DNA from: Dictyostelium discoideum
Lineage: Eukaryota
DNA: 64,000 nucleotides
Assembly (NCBI GenBank): GCA_000004695.1
Contig: CM000155.2
Span: forward strand, 1,792,001 to 1,856,000
Direction: 5' to 3'
This document shows positions 1-13,049 of this stretch, piece by piece (positions within the stretch are counted from its first letter, which is position 1; each line of letters begins with the position of its first letter). Position numbers and translations under genes: made by a program. The notes beneath the pieces were generated by a model that was given only the letters and a program-made list of their open reading frames with translations, had not been told where the DNA came from and did no database searches.

Positions 1-312
1 TGGATTTAGAACTGATATTACAAATAAAGAGAAATTCAAATTGGTAGAAAATCCAATTCCAGAGTATTATCCAAATTCAACTCCTCAAAATTCACTTGAA
101 GCATTTAGTGATTTCATTAATACTTCAAATGGTGATCCAAATAAATTTGCAAATGCAATTTTAAAACTTGATTTAATTCATCAACAAGGTAATAAATTAC
201 CATCAAATATTTTCTTTGGTTCTGATGCTTTAGAAGGTTCTAGTCATTTCTTTAAATCATTAATTGATGAATCTAATCAATGGAAAGAACTTGCTCTTTC
301 AACTGACCGTTC

Positions 313-316
<4 letters not shown>
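1..316 (+). CDS. 3' end of a gene whose 5' part lies upstream of the window; C-terminal about 100 aa, product unassigned
   Basis: An open frame runs from base 2 to a TAA at 314-316 (the track ORF 41..316 is its Met-initiated tail). Codon usage is Dictyostelium-like. A poly-A tract follows immediately. I did not recognise a domain. Confidence 0.4.
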
Positions 317-343
<27 letters not shown>

Positions 344-546
344 AAGAGTGAATATATTTATATTCCAATTTTAAACAATTAAAATTTCATTTGTTAATAT
401 CTTTTATTAAAATTTACATGTAAAAAAAAAAAAATTAATTTTTTTTTTTTCAATATTAAAAACCAATTGCCAACTTTCGGCACTTTTAAAACCAAAAAAC
501 ATTGGGTGCTAATTCATTGGAATGTTTAAACAATTACTAACTCTAT

Positions 547-2000
547 TTAAAGTGACATATTATTATACTTTGTACCACCAATACTAGTATGACGAATAAA
601 TTGTGATCGATTGATAGGTATTGTTAAATCTTCTGAATTATTATCACTACTACTACTAGTAAATGTTGAAGAGTCTATACAAGTACTATTATTATTATTA
701 TTAATATTTTTACTACTATTAATACTACTATTGCTCATTGTTACTAATTTCTAAACTATTTAAATTATTATTATAAAGATAATTTGAATCTTTTCTTTCA
801 ATTAATATAGTTTTAGTAATTGACCAAATGTATTTAGTTATATTTGACATTAAATTTATAAATAAATCAAAAGTATAAATTAAACAACCTAATTGATGAA
901 CACAAAAACTATATTTCATTGCTTTTGGATGCTTTGAAATTAAGAAATGGTAATCATTATACATTTGTTTAATTAATTGTTTTGAATTATCATTACGAAA
1001 AACAATTGGTGTTTCATTTTGATATCTTTGAGATTTCTTTTGAATTTTAATTGATTTTATCTCTTCAATTGATTTTCTACATTCATCTAATTCCTTTATT
1101 AAATAATTAAATTTTGGTAATAGTAATGATTTTACATCCAATAGAAAATTAGTTTGAATTATGATGATGATGATTATGATAACTATCATTACCATCTTCT
1201 TGACAATTATCAATTATAAATTCTGATCCAACTAAAACCATATATTCACTACTAATATTATTTAATAAACTTTTTAAATCTTTATATTTTTGTTTATTAA
1301 ATAATAATTCAAATCTTGAATTAAACATTAAAGAACGTTGATTTGTAATTAATGATGTAATTTCTAAAAATATTGGTCTCATAGTTTCTTGAAAGATTTC
1401 TTTTGGTATCATTATCATTGATGATACTGTTGATATTGATGTTAAATCATTAATATTTCTATTGTTATTAATATCAAACCAATGAGAATTATGATTAAAA
1501 ATACTTTTAAACGCTTCTAATTGTTTGATTGAAATATCTAATAAATTAATTTCCAATTCACGATGATCATAATATGGTAAGATGAGAATTGAAGATAACA
1601 TAATTACAAACACTGCTAATGATATATGAAATGCTTGTAATTATTAGTGCATGATCTTCAGTATATTCTGGAAAAGTTATAGTAGCATAGGATAGAATAA
1701 AGAAATTACCAAATGATTGAATTGGTTTACCACGAACAAAGAAATGTATTGAAAATACTAATGTAAAAGTTAACGCAATATATGCTAAACCTTTAGTACC
1801 ATCTGAATCTGCCAATGAAAATAATACACCAACGACGTATGCTGAGAATACTCCTAATAAAGTACCAAAAAAACGCATACAATAAAAACCACTTGCACCA
1901 ACACTTGGTGATGCTACATATAAAAAAGTAACTACAAACCATGATGAATTTTGAAATAAAATAAAATATGATTTAGTTAAAATTTCATAATAACCAATTG
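547..2000 (-). CDS. putative multi-exon gene encoding a multi-pass membrane protein, family unassigned
   Basis: Four overlapping minus-strand ORFs (1567..1878, 1149..1613, 728..1213, 547..738) sit in different frames, which suggests short introns or frame changes. The 1567..1878 piece encodes several hydrophobic helices (LLGVFSAYVVGVLFSLA..., FTLVFSIHFFV). The open frame continues upstream to about 1960, with a candidate acceptor (tttgtag) near 1925. The exon structure is not resolved. Confidence 0.35.
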
Positions 2001-2633
2001 AAAATATTGATAATAATATTGTAAATTTAATTGTAAATTTCCATTTACAAAATATTATACTAATTAAATAATTAAAATTATTTTTAATTTTTAATTTTAT
2101 TTCATTTTTTCTATTTACATGTCTGTTACTTGTTTTTTTAATTTATTCAATATTGATTTAATTTATTGATACGTGAGTTTGGGTAACTGATTGCATGGAA
2201 TTTGATCTCTGGCTATCATTTAATGAAAAAGAGGAGCTAATTAAAGATTTATTATCTAGATTTGGTTGAACTAATGTTTTGAATTGATTCTATATAAAAA
2301 AAAAAAAAAAAAAAATTAATATTTACTAATTATAAATATTTTTCTTTTGTTTTTTTAAATAATATTTACTGAATAACATTCTTTGATATTTGTAGTTTTT
2401 AAAAATATTTGATTTTAATTTGAATTTCTTTTTTTTTATTTTTTTTTTTATATTTTTTTTTTTTTTTACTTTTTTTTATAATTTTTTTTTTTTTAATTAG
2501 AAATTGTAAAAATTTCGGTTTCCCACACTTTATTAAAAATTAATTGAAAATTAAACAAATAAATAAATTTTTTGTTTTTTTTAAAAGGATTTGTTTATTA
2601 ATTTTCCATAAAAAAATTAAAAAATTCAAAAAT

Positions 2634-2706
2634 GCCCAGATAGCTCAGTCGGTAGAGCGCAAGGCTTTTAACCTTGTGGTCGGGGGTTCGAGCCCCCCTT
2701 TGGGCG
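2634..2706 (+). tRNA. tRNA-Lys (anticodon UUU)
   Basis: A 73-nt cloverleaf: acceptor GCCCAGA/TTTGGGC, D-arm TAGCTCAGTCGGTAGAGC, anticodon stem CAAGG/CCTTG with loop CTTTTAA, T-arm GGGGGTTCGAGCCCCC, discriminator G. A T-run follows at 2710-2713. Confidence 0.9.
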
Positions 2707-2736
2707 AATTTTACAAATTGTTTGGTGATAGATCGA

Positions 2737-2748
2737 GTGTTCAATTCC
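2737..2748 (+). promoter_or_regulatory. external B-box-like motif (GTGTTCAATTCC) about 30 nt downstream of tRNA-Lys
   Basis: It matches the GGTTCGANTCC B-box consensus in the position where Dictyostelium tRNA genes commonly carry an extra-genic B box. Confidence 0.4.
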
Positions 2749-3476
2749 CTAGTAAACCTATTAAAAGTAATTGTGTAGTAAAGGTTTAATAGTAATTTCT
2801 GGTACCTCTTCTGATGGTATTTTAGAGTATCTTACAGAAATAAAATTTGAGATTGTTGAAATAAACAATGCTATTTTCACTGAAAATTCAATAAAAATAG
2901 AAGCAGTTCTTATAAACTCTGTAAATATCAACAATAATAATACCTCAAATAATGATTATTATTAGTTGTAGTAGTTGTAGTTGGTTTTGTTTCAATTGGT
3001 TTTACTTCCAAATATGTTGTGATTGATGTTTGTTGTTGTTGTTATGATTGTTGTAGTTGTTGTTGCTGTTGTTGTTGTTGTAGTTGTGATTGTTGTAACA
3101 TTGCTGATAATGGCTCAGAACCCAATAAATTTAAAGAGGTTGATGTAGTTGTTGTTGTAGTTGTAGTAGTTGTATTGGTTTGTTTAGTTGATAAAATATC
3201 ACCCAATTTAGCAGGATGAGTTTGAAGATGTTTTAATACCAAAGTCAAATAAATCAGTTAGATTTTTTTGGTCATCAGAATCATTAAAAGCACTTCTTAC
3301 ACCATTGTTTGTATTTTGTTTCTTTGAAAATATATCAATACCATTTTCTCTATCTTTTTCTCTTTCTCTTTCTTTATTAATAACATTATCAGCATTTTTA
3401 AATAACTCATCAATAGAAGAATTTGGTGACACACCTCTATTATTAGTGTTATTGTTATTATTATTATTAATATTAA

Positions 3477-3515
<39 letters not shown>

Positions 3516-3641
3516 CATTATTACTACTAAAATTACTAACAACTTGAAAACTCTGTAAATATCAACAATAATAATATCACAAATAATGATAATGTAAATA
3601 ATAATAATAATAATAACAATAATAATAATAACAATAATAAA

Positions 3642-3696
<55 letters not shown>

Positions 3697-4024
3697 GTAA
3701 TAACCCAAAAAATGAAAAATTTAATACAATTACAACACTTGATAGTTATGAAGATACCAGTACATCTGTTGGAGAGATTTTAGCAGTGATCGGAAAAATT
3801 ATTTTAATCCCAAATTCTGAAAAATGTCATGATGTTGATGAAAATACTTTAAGCAATAACAAATTGAACGAAGAAATGGAAAAGAATGAACCACAAAATT
3901 CCTCTCCCTCTTCATCATCAACCACCACAACCACAACTACCACAACTACCACCACAACATTATTTCTCAAACTGCTAGTATAATCACAAATGATTGGTAG
4001 TTAAATCATACAAAAATATTCATC

Positions 4025-4056
4025 CATTCATTCATTCATTCATTCATTCATTCATT
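4025..4056. repeat. (CATT)n microsatellite, about 8 units
   Basis: Reads cattcattcattcattcattcattcattcatc. Confidence 0.9.
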
Positions 4057-4133
4057 CATCCGCTCGCTCAGATTCATTAACAACTAATCAATCACTCACT
4101 TGCCCATCACTCGAAAGCTTTTCTTTTTACACA

Positions 4134-4164
<31 letters not shown>

Positions 4165-4404
4165 GAAAACATGACAATTGTCCATATACGCTACCCCCCT
4201 CATCCACAATCCAATTCAAATTAAAAATTTTTAATTTATATAATTTATTAAAACGGAATTATTGAATTATTATTTTATTTTAAATTGTTTAAACCAAAAA
4301 AAAAAAAAAAAAGAAAAAAAGAAAAAAAAAAAAAAAATATTGATCACTTTTTAAATCTTATTTATAGTATTTTTTTATTTGTTTATTTATTTATTTTTTA
4401 AAAT

Positions 4405-6460
4405 TTAAATTATTTCATTATTTTTAAATAAATCTTTTAAAGCATAAAAAGTTGCAGATCTTTTAGAAACATTTGAATAAAATTGGGTATTAGTGATTGA
4501 AATATTACAATCCTCTAAAAGATAAAGAGATAATTGTAAATGGTTATTACTTAAAGCACGATAGAGTATTTCACGTAATTGAATTTGATCGAAAATACTT
4601 TTTGAATCATTTGATCTTTTTGAAAATATTGATTTATAACCATTATCAACCAAAGCTTTAAATAATCTAATATGACCCTTTGTTGCTTCTTTTTCCAATA
4701 AACCTCTAAGATAATTTGCAAAACAAATTTTATCGCCATTATTTAAAATTACATCTGGATTGTTACCAGTTATGGTTGTTGTTGTTTTTTTTGTTGGTGT
4801 TGTTGGTGTTGTTGTTGGTGTTGTTGGTGTTGTTGTTTCAGTTGTAGCCGAATGAAAATTTGGTAAACCTAATTTAATAAAATCATTAATGAAACCTTTA
4901 CATTCAGTATCTTCAATAGTATTGAAAATTTCTTTTGATTTTTTTGAAGCATGAGAATAACCAATACCAAAATAATAATATTTTTCATCAAAAGAGAGTG
5001 GACTGAAATGATAACTATTTGGTAAAGCATTTCTGTTGTAGAATAACCATCTTTGAACTGCAATTACAAAATAATAATTTGGACAGTCTCTGTTTGGTAG
5101 ATAGGGTCTATTATTGCCAGAATTTCTATCTAGAGTTATAGAGTAAAGATAGGTAAAATCCAATACTGAATTGACGCCTTTATAGCTAACTATATGAGAA
5201 TTTGTGAAAACAACACCTTTACTATCACCACAACCTTTTGATAGAGGTGATTGAAGATAATCTATAAATGTTTTCAATACTAAACCCATTGAATTGAATT
5301 GGCAAGTATTTAATTTTGGTGGGAGTGGTACTTTGAAAACTATATCTCTTTTAAGCAATGGCGATGGTGGTGCTGTTGGTACTGATAATAATAATGATTT
5401 ATACTTTTCAACTAAATCCAATCTACAATTATAAATAAATGCTGTAATTGGCAATACTTTACTATTATTTTTTAAACAATTATTAAAAACAAATTCCAAT
5501 ACTTTTTCTGATCTAATAAAATGAAATTCAGTATGAAAACTTGGATTACCACCAACACTGGTTGAAACTCCGATTCCTATTTCATTTTTATGTTCAATTT
5601 TTAACATTGGTTTATTTAATTGATCATATGCTAATTCTATCAATTCTAAATCATCATATAATAAAACTTGTTCAAAGAAAATGTAAATATGATTATCTCC
5701 ATATTTCTTTTGGAGTGTTACAATATTAAGATATTTGCAAATGTCTTTAATGAATTGAATTTGATTTTCTTTTTTATTTTGAAATTGAAAGAGAATTGGT
5801 ATATTTCCAACAAATGATTTATCTTCAAAAATTACATTTCGAATAGTTGAACAAATAGTTGATCTTGAAACTTCTTTAAACAATTCTATATCACCAAATC
5901 TAAATGAATGCAATAATAAATCTGAATGTTTTATATTACGTGATATATTTACTTTTTCACCTGCTAACAATGAATAAAATTCATTTCCTTCAAAAAAACT
6001 ATGGCCATAAAACAATCCTAATAATTTTAAAATTGATTTTAATTTATTTTTATTATCACTATTATATTGATAATAAACAAAATCAAATATCTTTTGATTT
6101 CTTTCAATTTTAGTTATTGATTCAATTGTTTCTTTAAATTCTTTTAAACTTGGAAATATAGGTGTAATCTTTCTTTTAATTTTTTTATTACAACCACCAC
6201 CATTACTATCTTTTTTTTCTTTTTTTTCTTTTTTTTCTTTTTTTTCTTTTTTTTCTTTTTTTTCTCTTTTTCTTTCAAATTCACTTTCGCTTTCACTACT
6301 ACTATCACTTTCACTATTATCATGATTATCTTTTTTTTCTTCCTTTTCTTCTTTTTCTCTTTCGCTTTCACTACTATCACTGTCACTATCACTACTACCA
6401 CTGCTACTATCATTATCTTTTTTTTCTTTTTTTTCTTTTTTTTCTTTTTCATTTTCATTT

Positions 6461-6509
<49 letters not shown>

Positions 6510-7395
6510 CGCTATCACTACTACTATCATTTTTACTTTTACTTTTACTATCACCTTTCTTTTTTAATTTTTTAAAAATAATATTTTGATAAAAACCTTT
6601 TGGTTTTACTTTTAAATGAATCATAGATTCACATATATTTATTAAATCTTTAATAAGTAATGATTCTTGGATTGGACAAAATTTTGAAATTTTTTCAAAT
6701 CTAAGTGGTGTCACAGCTGCTGGTTTTATATGGTATCTGTTAATCATAAAGTTAATGAATTTAGCACGTTTTCTAAAACAGTATCCAAATATTGATTTCC
6801 AAAATTCATTTTCTGTGAATGGTAATTTAAATTTATCTATACTATTTTTATTGGTATTATTACTATTATTTTTATTATTATTATTATTATTTTCATTATT
6901 ATTTGAATTTTCAAAAAGATTCATCATATATTTAAATGTTTTATAACTACCATCTTCGATTGATTGAATAATATTATCGGTAGTTGGTTTATAATTATTT
7001 TCTTCAACTAATGATTTTAATGCACCAATGCAATCAGATTTTAAAATATTTTCAACAGTATAATCAATACTGAATAATGATATCTTTGGATAAAATTTAA
7101 AAAAGCTTGTATAGAATTTTTTATCATCTTTAATTGCTGAAAATAAATCTGATAATGATTTTTCAAAACCTGTTAAATATTGATTTCTATAAACTTTGTC
7201 TTTTAACAATTCAATTTCATTACATTCAATCATGCGACTAACATTAAAAACTTCATCATATCTTAATGAATGTTTACCTGTACATAATTTATTTATAATT
7301 TGTCTATTTAAATATTTATTTCTAAAAATTTTCCAAAATAATCTTTCACCATCACTCATTAGTTGTTGTTTTTGTTGTTGTTGTTGATTCTTCTC

Positions 7396-7448
<53 letters not shown>

Positions 7449-7806
7449 TCAATTTAATAGATTCTCTAATTCTTTCTAAAATATCTAATTTTTTACCACC
7501 CAATTGTTGAACACCATACTTTGTTTTTGCGATTTTTGCTATTGTTTTATATTTTTTAGTTTCTAATTCTTTCATTATTGTATCTATATCTTTTTCTTTT
7601 TCTAAACCACAATCCATATTTTGACTACCATTTTCGTTTTCATTTTCATTTTCAACCTCTTCTTCTATGATAATCTCTTTATTATTATTGTTTTTTTTAT
7701 TATTTAATTTTTCTCTTGTTGAAAGTTTTGATTTTAATTCTTGATTTTCTTTTTTTAATTTTTCTATAACATTTAATAATTCTTTTTCTCTCTTAGAAAT
7801 ACCCAT
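4405..7806 (-). CDS. large hypothetical protein (1133 aa), Dictyostelium-specific low-complexity
   Basis: A single uninterrupted ORF. It contains a poly-Thr tract, an SESESE acidic-serine stretch and KEKKEKK repeats. The N-terminus is a coiled-coil-like MGISKREKELLNVIEKLKKENQELK. Flanking regions are AT-rich. I recognised no conserved catalytic domain. A decayed paralog lies directly upstream (8000..9100). Confidence 0.7.
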
Positions 7807-7860
7807 TTTTAACAGAAATAAAGAAACAAAAAAAAAAAAAAAAAATATGTTGTTAAAAGA

Positions 7861-7902
<42 letters not shown>

Positions 7903-7999
7903 TTAAAAAAATAAAATGTTTTTTTTAGTATTTGAGCTAAAATTATAATAGATTTTTTTTTTCCTAATTTTTTCTTATTTTTTTTTTTATTTATTTTAT

Positions 8000-9081
8000 T
8001 TATAAAATTTTATTTTTTTTAATTAATAAATCTAAAATATTAAATCCAAATCTTTCAAAATGATTTGGTTTATTATAATAAATCCACCTTGAAATTAAAA
8101 TTTTAATATAAAATTTTAGTCTTGGGTGACCATAAAAACTAAAATAGAATGGTCCTTTTTGATTTGTAAATTTATGATTAATTAAATAAATAAAATCAGA
8201 AATTGATTTTAAATTATTTAAACCAAAGAAATGTTCATTTTTAAAAATTACATCATCACCATCACTATCACTACAACCATTTGAAAGTGATGGTGAATTT
8301 ATTAAACCAATCATTGCTTTCATTGCAATAGTAATTGAATAAAGTCTATGAGAATAACAAATTGGTGGATCTAATTTAAATGATGGTTCAATATTTGATA
8401 TTTCTTGTGACGATGATGATGATGATGATGATGATAATAATAATGATTTATACTTTTCAACTAAAATCTAATCTTCCATTATAAATGAAATTGGTAATTG
8501 GTAATTTTTTATTACAATTTTTTAAACAATTTTTAAAAATAAATTCCAACACTCCTTCTTACCTAATAAAATTCAGTTTTACATTCTTTTTTATTACTAT
8601 TAGTACTTGCTCTATAAATATCTTGATTTATAAATTCAATTTTTAACATTGGCTTATCTAATTGTTTATATGCTAATTCTATTAACTCTAAATCATCATA
8701 CAATAAAACTTGATTAAAAATAAAATTTAAATAATTTGAATTATTTTTAACCAATTGGCAAACTTGTTTAATAAATTCGATTTTATTATTTAAATTATTT
8801 TCAAATTGAAATAACATTGGTTTAAATCCATCATTTGAAACAGGTTCATAAAAATCAAAAAAACAATTTATAAATTAAAACATTACTTTAAATAATTTAA
8901 AATTTCCAAACTTAAATGAATTCTTAAATAATTGATTTCTTCTAGGTTCATTACTTTTATATGAATAATATCTATTATTATTTAATAACATTGAATAGAA
9001 TTCATCATCATTTGAATTACAATTTTCAAAATACATTATGCAACTACACATGAATTTTAAAATGTAGTTATGGTGATCCAT
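8000..9081 (-). pseudogene. decayed tandem paralog fragment of the 4405..7806 gene
   Basis: Three short minus ORFs (8000..8323, 8563..8817, 8875..9081) are broken by stops and frameshifts. Their products align with internal segments of the 1133-aa protein: ...FIKQVCQLVKNN...NQVLLYDDLELIELAYKQLDKPMLKIE matches FIKDICKYL...EQVLLYDDLELIELAYDQLNKPMLKIE, and GCSDSDGDDVIFKNEHF matches GCGDSKGVVFTNSHI. Nucleotide similarity is also visible, for example 8440..8560 against 5390..5540. Confidence 0.6.
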
Positions 9082-9505
9082 TTCCTTAATTTGTGGAAAT
9101 ATAGGTGTAACTCTGTTTGTAAAATTATTATTAGATCTAGTTCTTTATTTGGAAGGAAATGGTGTAATGAATTTCTTATCAAACAAAGAAATTCATAATA
9201 TTAATAATTGTAATAGTAATAAGAATAAAGTTCATTAACAATTAAACAATAATAATTAAAATAATTATTTATTTATTTAGTTTAATGTATTTTCAGTCGA
9301 CTGAAAATTAAAAAACAGAAAAAAATTAAGCTATTTTTGATTCACGGTTTACAGATTTCTTTTTTTTTTTTTTTAATATTGGATTAACAAGATTGATATA
9401 TGTCCATCTGTGTTAATATACAGATTTCATATTATATTAATTGTGTTTAAATGTGATCAAAAAGGAATCGAACATGCGTTCCTGTTAAATTTTCTATAAA
9501 ATTAT

Positions 9506-9578
9506 CGCCTAGACATGGGATCGAACCATGGACCTAGCGGTTAACAGCCGCTCGCTCTGCCTACTGAGCCATCCAGGC
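9506..9578 (-). tRNA. tRNA-Asn (anticodon GUU)
   Basis: The reverse complement is identical to the plus-strand copy at 41377..41449: GCCTGGATGGCTCAGTAGGCAGAGCGAGCGGCTGTTAACCGCTAGGTCCATGGTTCGATCCCATGTCTAGGCG. The anticodon loop is CTGTTAA. A B-box-like GTTCGATTCC sits 33-42 nt downstream in tRNA sense (plus coordinates 9464-9473). Confidence 0.9.
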
Positions 9579-9612
9579 ATTTTTGATGTGAATTGATGAA
9601 ATATTGAAAATT

Positions 9613-9945
9613 TTATATGGAATAATAAAAACGTCCATAAATTCTGCCTCTATCATCACAGCAATTTATAACATACCGTCTATTTTTTAAATTTAATTTT
9701 GGAATTTTATAAGAACCATAATAATTCATAAAATGAGAATTATATAAATAATACGGTGGATAAAATGTAACACCATTTTTAATTGTTGGTTCTGAATCTT
9801 CAATATTATTAATTCTATCATTTATTGTTACATCTTTATCATACTTTTGATATAAATGTGGGCATTGATCTAAAATTTTTTGATTTTCTTCATTGTTTGA
9901 ATCAAAATATAATTTAACTTCTGCTTTATCTCTTGAGGAAAACAT
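9613..9945 (-). CDS. small hypothetical protein (110 aa), Cys/Tyr-containing
   Basis: An uninterrupted ORF with ordinary, non-repetitive composition, flanked by AT-rich DNA. I recognised no homology. Confidence 0.35.
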   Translation of the reverse strand: MFSSRDKAEVKLYFDSNNEENQKILDQCPHLYQKYDKDVTINDRINNIEDSEPTIKNGVTFYPPYYLYNSHFMNYYGSYKIPKLNLKNRRYVINCCDDRGRIYGRFYYSI

Positions 9946-10424
9946 TTTATATGTATATTATTTATTTAATTTTTTATTTTTTTATTTTTTTATATGTGGC
10001 GTCACCTAACATGTTTGGCATTGAGTTGACACCAGAGACAATAGAACAAAGTGTGGTGGTGTATAATACACCATATATGAGAGAAATGTACCGGTCCAAC
10101 TTAATCTAACTGAATGGATCACACTCATAGAAGATATGGTAAATTAATTCCAGAGAGTGTGTTAGTTTGGCAACATTATTTTTAATGCCATTGTAAATAT
10201 TGGAGCACCCGAATGTTTTATTCCAAAATTAATAAAAATGATTAAAAGGAAAAAAAGATAAATTATAAAAATACAATATTAAAAATGAAAAACTAACCAA
10301 TAAAACACAAAATAATAGTAAAACAAGTAATATAAAAAAAATAAAAAAATAAAAAAAAATGTTTTTTTATATTATTATTACCATTTCCCCATTTCTTTTT
10401 TTTTTTTTTTTTTATTCATAATAT

Positions 10425-11123
10425 TTAAAAATCATTTATACAATTCTCTATATTATTCTCTTTAAAAAACATAAATCTTTTTTTATCATTTTGATTCTCT
10501 TGAAAGTGTTGTTTTAATTTATCATTTTCCAATACCCAATCTACACCAAAACAAGCACCTCTCATAGCGGTTTCAGTGGTCTTCCAACTGAATCTAATGA
10601 AATTAGGATACCCAAATACCTTATCTCTATTCTTGACTAACCATTTCTTTGAGAGAGGATCACTAGGATAACCAGATCCAAAATCTGTAGATAATTGTTC
10701 ATCTTGATCATAAATATTTAAATAATCGAAATTTTTATTTGTAATTTCAAAGTCTCTAACCACTTTAGCAGCAATACTTGCAGCACTAACGATTGGATAT
10801 AAACTATCGGCTTTCTTTGAAACAATGATTTTACCAATCTCTGGAAACAATTTCTTTAACATTAATTGATATTTATCTGGTGGTCCAACTGTATCCAAAT
10901 ATAACTCTTGAACATTGACTCCCTTTTTCAAAACGGATCTAATTAATCCTATTGCAGATTCATGTGATATAACATTCAATGATATTGGTTTCTTATATAA
11001 CATTTTCTCTGATAATATCTCTGCAGTAATTACATCTGTTTCATATGCTAAAATTTTATTTGATTCTCCCATTTTATCAAATAATTGATCTCTTTGTTGT
11101 TCTGTTAATTTCTTTGAATCTTT

Positions 11124-11160
<37 letters not shown>

Positions 11161-11401
11161 AATTCAAAGTTAAAATGTATTTCATAGATTGTGTGTGTGT
11201 GTTTGTGTGTGTTTTTTAATATTTACCATTAAATTTCATTGATTTTAAAGTTGTAGATTTCGAAATTGGTGCATAACAACAACCATATACCATTGGACCC
11301 ATTACTGGTCCTCTACCTGCTTCATCAATACCCATTACAAAAGGTTCTGATTTATCAACTGATGAATCTAATTCTGTCAAATATATTATTTTATTATCCA
11401 T
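10425..11401 (-). CDS. rnh2A: ribonuclease H2 catalytic subunit A (RNase HII family)
   Basis: Two exons: join(11227..11401, 10425..11119). Exon 1 encodes MDNKIIYLTELDSSVDKSEPFVMGIDEAGRGPVMGPMVYGCCYAPISKSTTLKSMKFN, including the DEAGRGPV active-site motif. The donor is GTAAAT and the 107-nt intron (11120..11226) contains a (GT)n/poly-T tract and ends in ttaaAG. Exon 2 encodes DSKKLTEQQRDQLFDKM...LDTVGPPDKYQ...VSKKADSLYPIVSAASIAAKVVRD...GSGYPSDP...RFSW, matching human RNASEH2A motifs. Total about 290 aa. Confidence 0.9.
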
Positions 11402-11594
11402 TCTTTTATATATATGTATTTGATTTTTGATTTTTTTACATGAAACTATTTTTAAATTGAAAATGAATTATTATTTTTTTTTTTTTTTTTTTTTAAATTT
11501 TTTGAAAAAACAATGAAATTAGATTTTTCGTTTTATTTTTTATTTTTTTTTTTTTATTAATTTAATTTCATTTCCTGAATTGAAATAAAATATA

Positions 11595-13049
11595 ATGATA
11601 AAAACAATTGTTAATCAAACAATTTTAAATAAAAATTTTATAAATAAAAATGTGTATAATAATATAAATAAATGTTATCATCATCATCATTATACAACAA
11701 CAACTACAAACACAACAACAGATAAATCAAGACAGAAATTATTTTCATTTGGATCGTTTGATAATTTAAAATTGGGAGTACCAGGTAATAATGATAAACT
11801 AATTCCAACACAAATTACACATTTACCACCATTTTTAAAGATTAAACAATTTGGTAGTTCATGGTTAAATTCATTCTTATTAACAGATGAACAAAATGAA
11901 AATGATCCAACCATTTCAAATAAAGTTTATATGTGGGGTACAAATAAATCTGGAAATATGTCATTACCATCGGAACAATATAGATTTCCAACTACTATAG
12001 ATTTATTAAAAAATACATTTGTTGAAAAAGTTATTGGTGGTAGATCATTTACTTTAGTTTTAACAAGTATGCTGTTAAATTAATTTTATAAAATATATAA
12101 ATGTCAATAATATATTCAAATATTAATATATAATAATAATAATAATAATTTAGGAGATGGTAAAGTTTTAGGATTTGGTGAAAATAATTTTGGACAATTA
12201 GGATTAGGTGATACTAGAAATAGAACAGCACCAACTCCAGTTGAAACATTAAATAATCAACATATTATTGATATTGGAGTTGGATTAGATCATTCAATCG
12301 CAGTCACTAAAGCAGGACATGTATTTGGATGGGGATATAATGTTGAAGGTCAAATTGGACAAAAGGTAGTGGAATATACAAGAATGAATAGTACAACAGA
12401 GGTAATGGATGGAGAGGAGGAAGGAGGAGCCGGTAGTCTTAGGGAACAAATGATACCAGATGTTGAATATACTCTACCAACATTGGTACCAGGTTTAGAG
12501 CAAATTAAAATTTCAAATGTTTTTTGTGGTTATGATAGCACTTTCCTTTTATCAGCACGTGGTAACGTTTATTCATTTGGTTCTAATGAAATTGGTACAC
12601 TAGGTTTGGGTTCCGAATTAAAGGGTAGAGTTACAAAACCAACTAAAATCAAATTCACTGAAACAAATGAAAAGATTAAACAACTATCAAGTGGTGCATC
12701 ACATACATTATTTTTAACCAGTGGTGGTAATGTTTATTCATGTGGTTGGGGTACTGAGGGTAGATTAGGATTAGGTATGGATACTTCAAATCGTGATTCT
12801 CCAACTCTTTTAAAATATTTCAATCAAAATAAAATTAAAATTGTTAAAGTTGCTGCTGGTGGTTCTCATTCAATGGCTTTAGATGACCAAGGTAGAGTTT
12901 ATACCTGGGGTAATGGTTCAAATGGTAAATTAGGTCATGGTAATGAATCTGATGAAAATTTACCAAAACAAATTAATTTCTTTAGTCATTCAAATGTTAT
13001 TGATATTTTTGCTGGTATTGATAATTCTTTAGTTTTAATTAAAGAATAA
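11595..13049 (+). CDS. RCC1 (regulator of chromosome condensation) repeat protein
   Basis: Two exons: join(11595..12066, 12154..13049). The donor is a|GTATGC at 12067 and the acceptor is tttAG at 12152-12153. Exon 2 carries tandem RCC1 repeats: GDGKVLGFGENNFGQLGLGDT, GHVFGWGYNVEGQIG, GNVYSFGSNEIGTLGLG, GNVYSCGWGTEGRLGLG and GRVYTWGNGSNGKLGHG. Confidence 0.85.

Noticed and set aside
2544-2789. Track ORFs overlapping tRNA genes: 2544..2789(+) over tRNA-Lys and 45488..45679(+) over tRNA-Gly
   Set aside because: The tRNA cloverleaves are unambiguous. The ORFs are chance frames through them.
6144-6567. Track ORFs in low-complexity frames: 6144..6554(-), 6322..6567(+), 16137..16451(-), 19866..20093(-), 20938..21164(+/-), 21541..22071, 24756..24953(-), 29423..29831(-), 61588..63226 (several), 63415..63653
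   Set aside because: They are poly-I/F/K/V/L translations of A/T-rich or trinucleotide-repeat DNA. They lie inside or antisense to real genes (the 1133-aa gene, iplA, the RS-like gene) or in intergenic A/T tracts. They are not independent coding regions.
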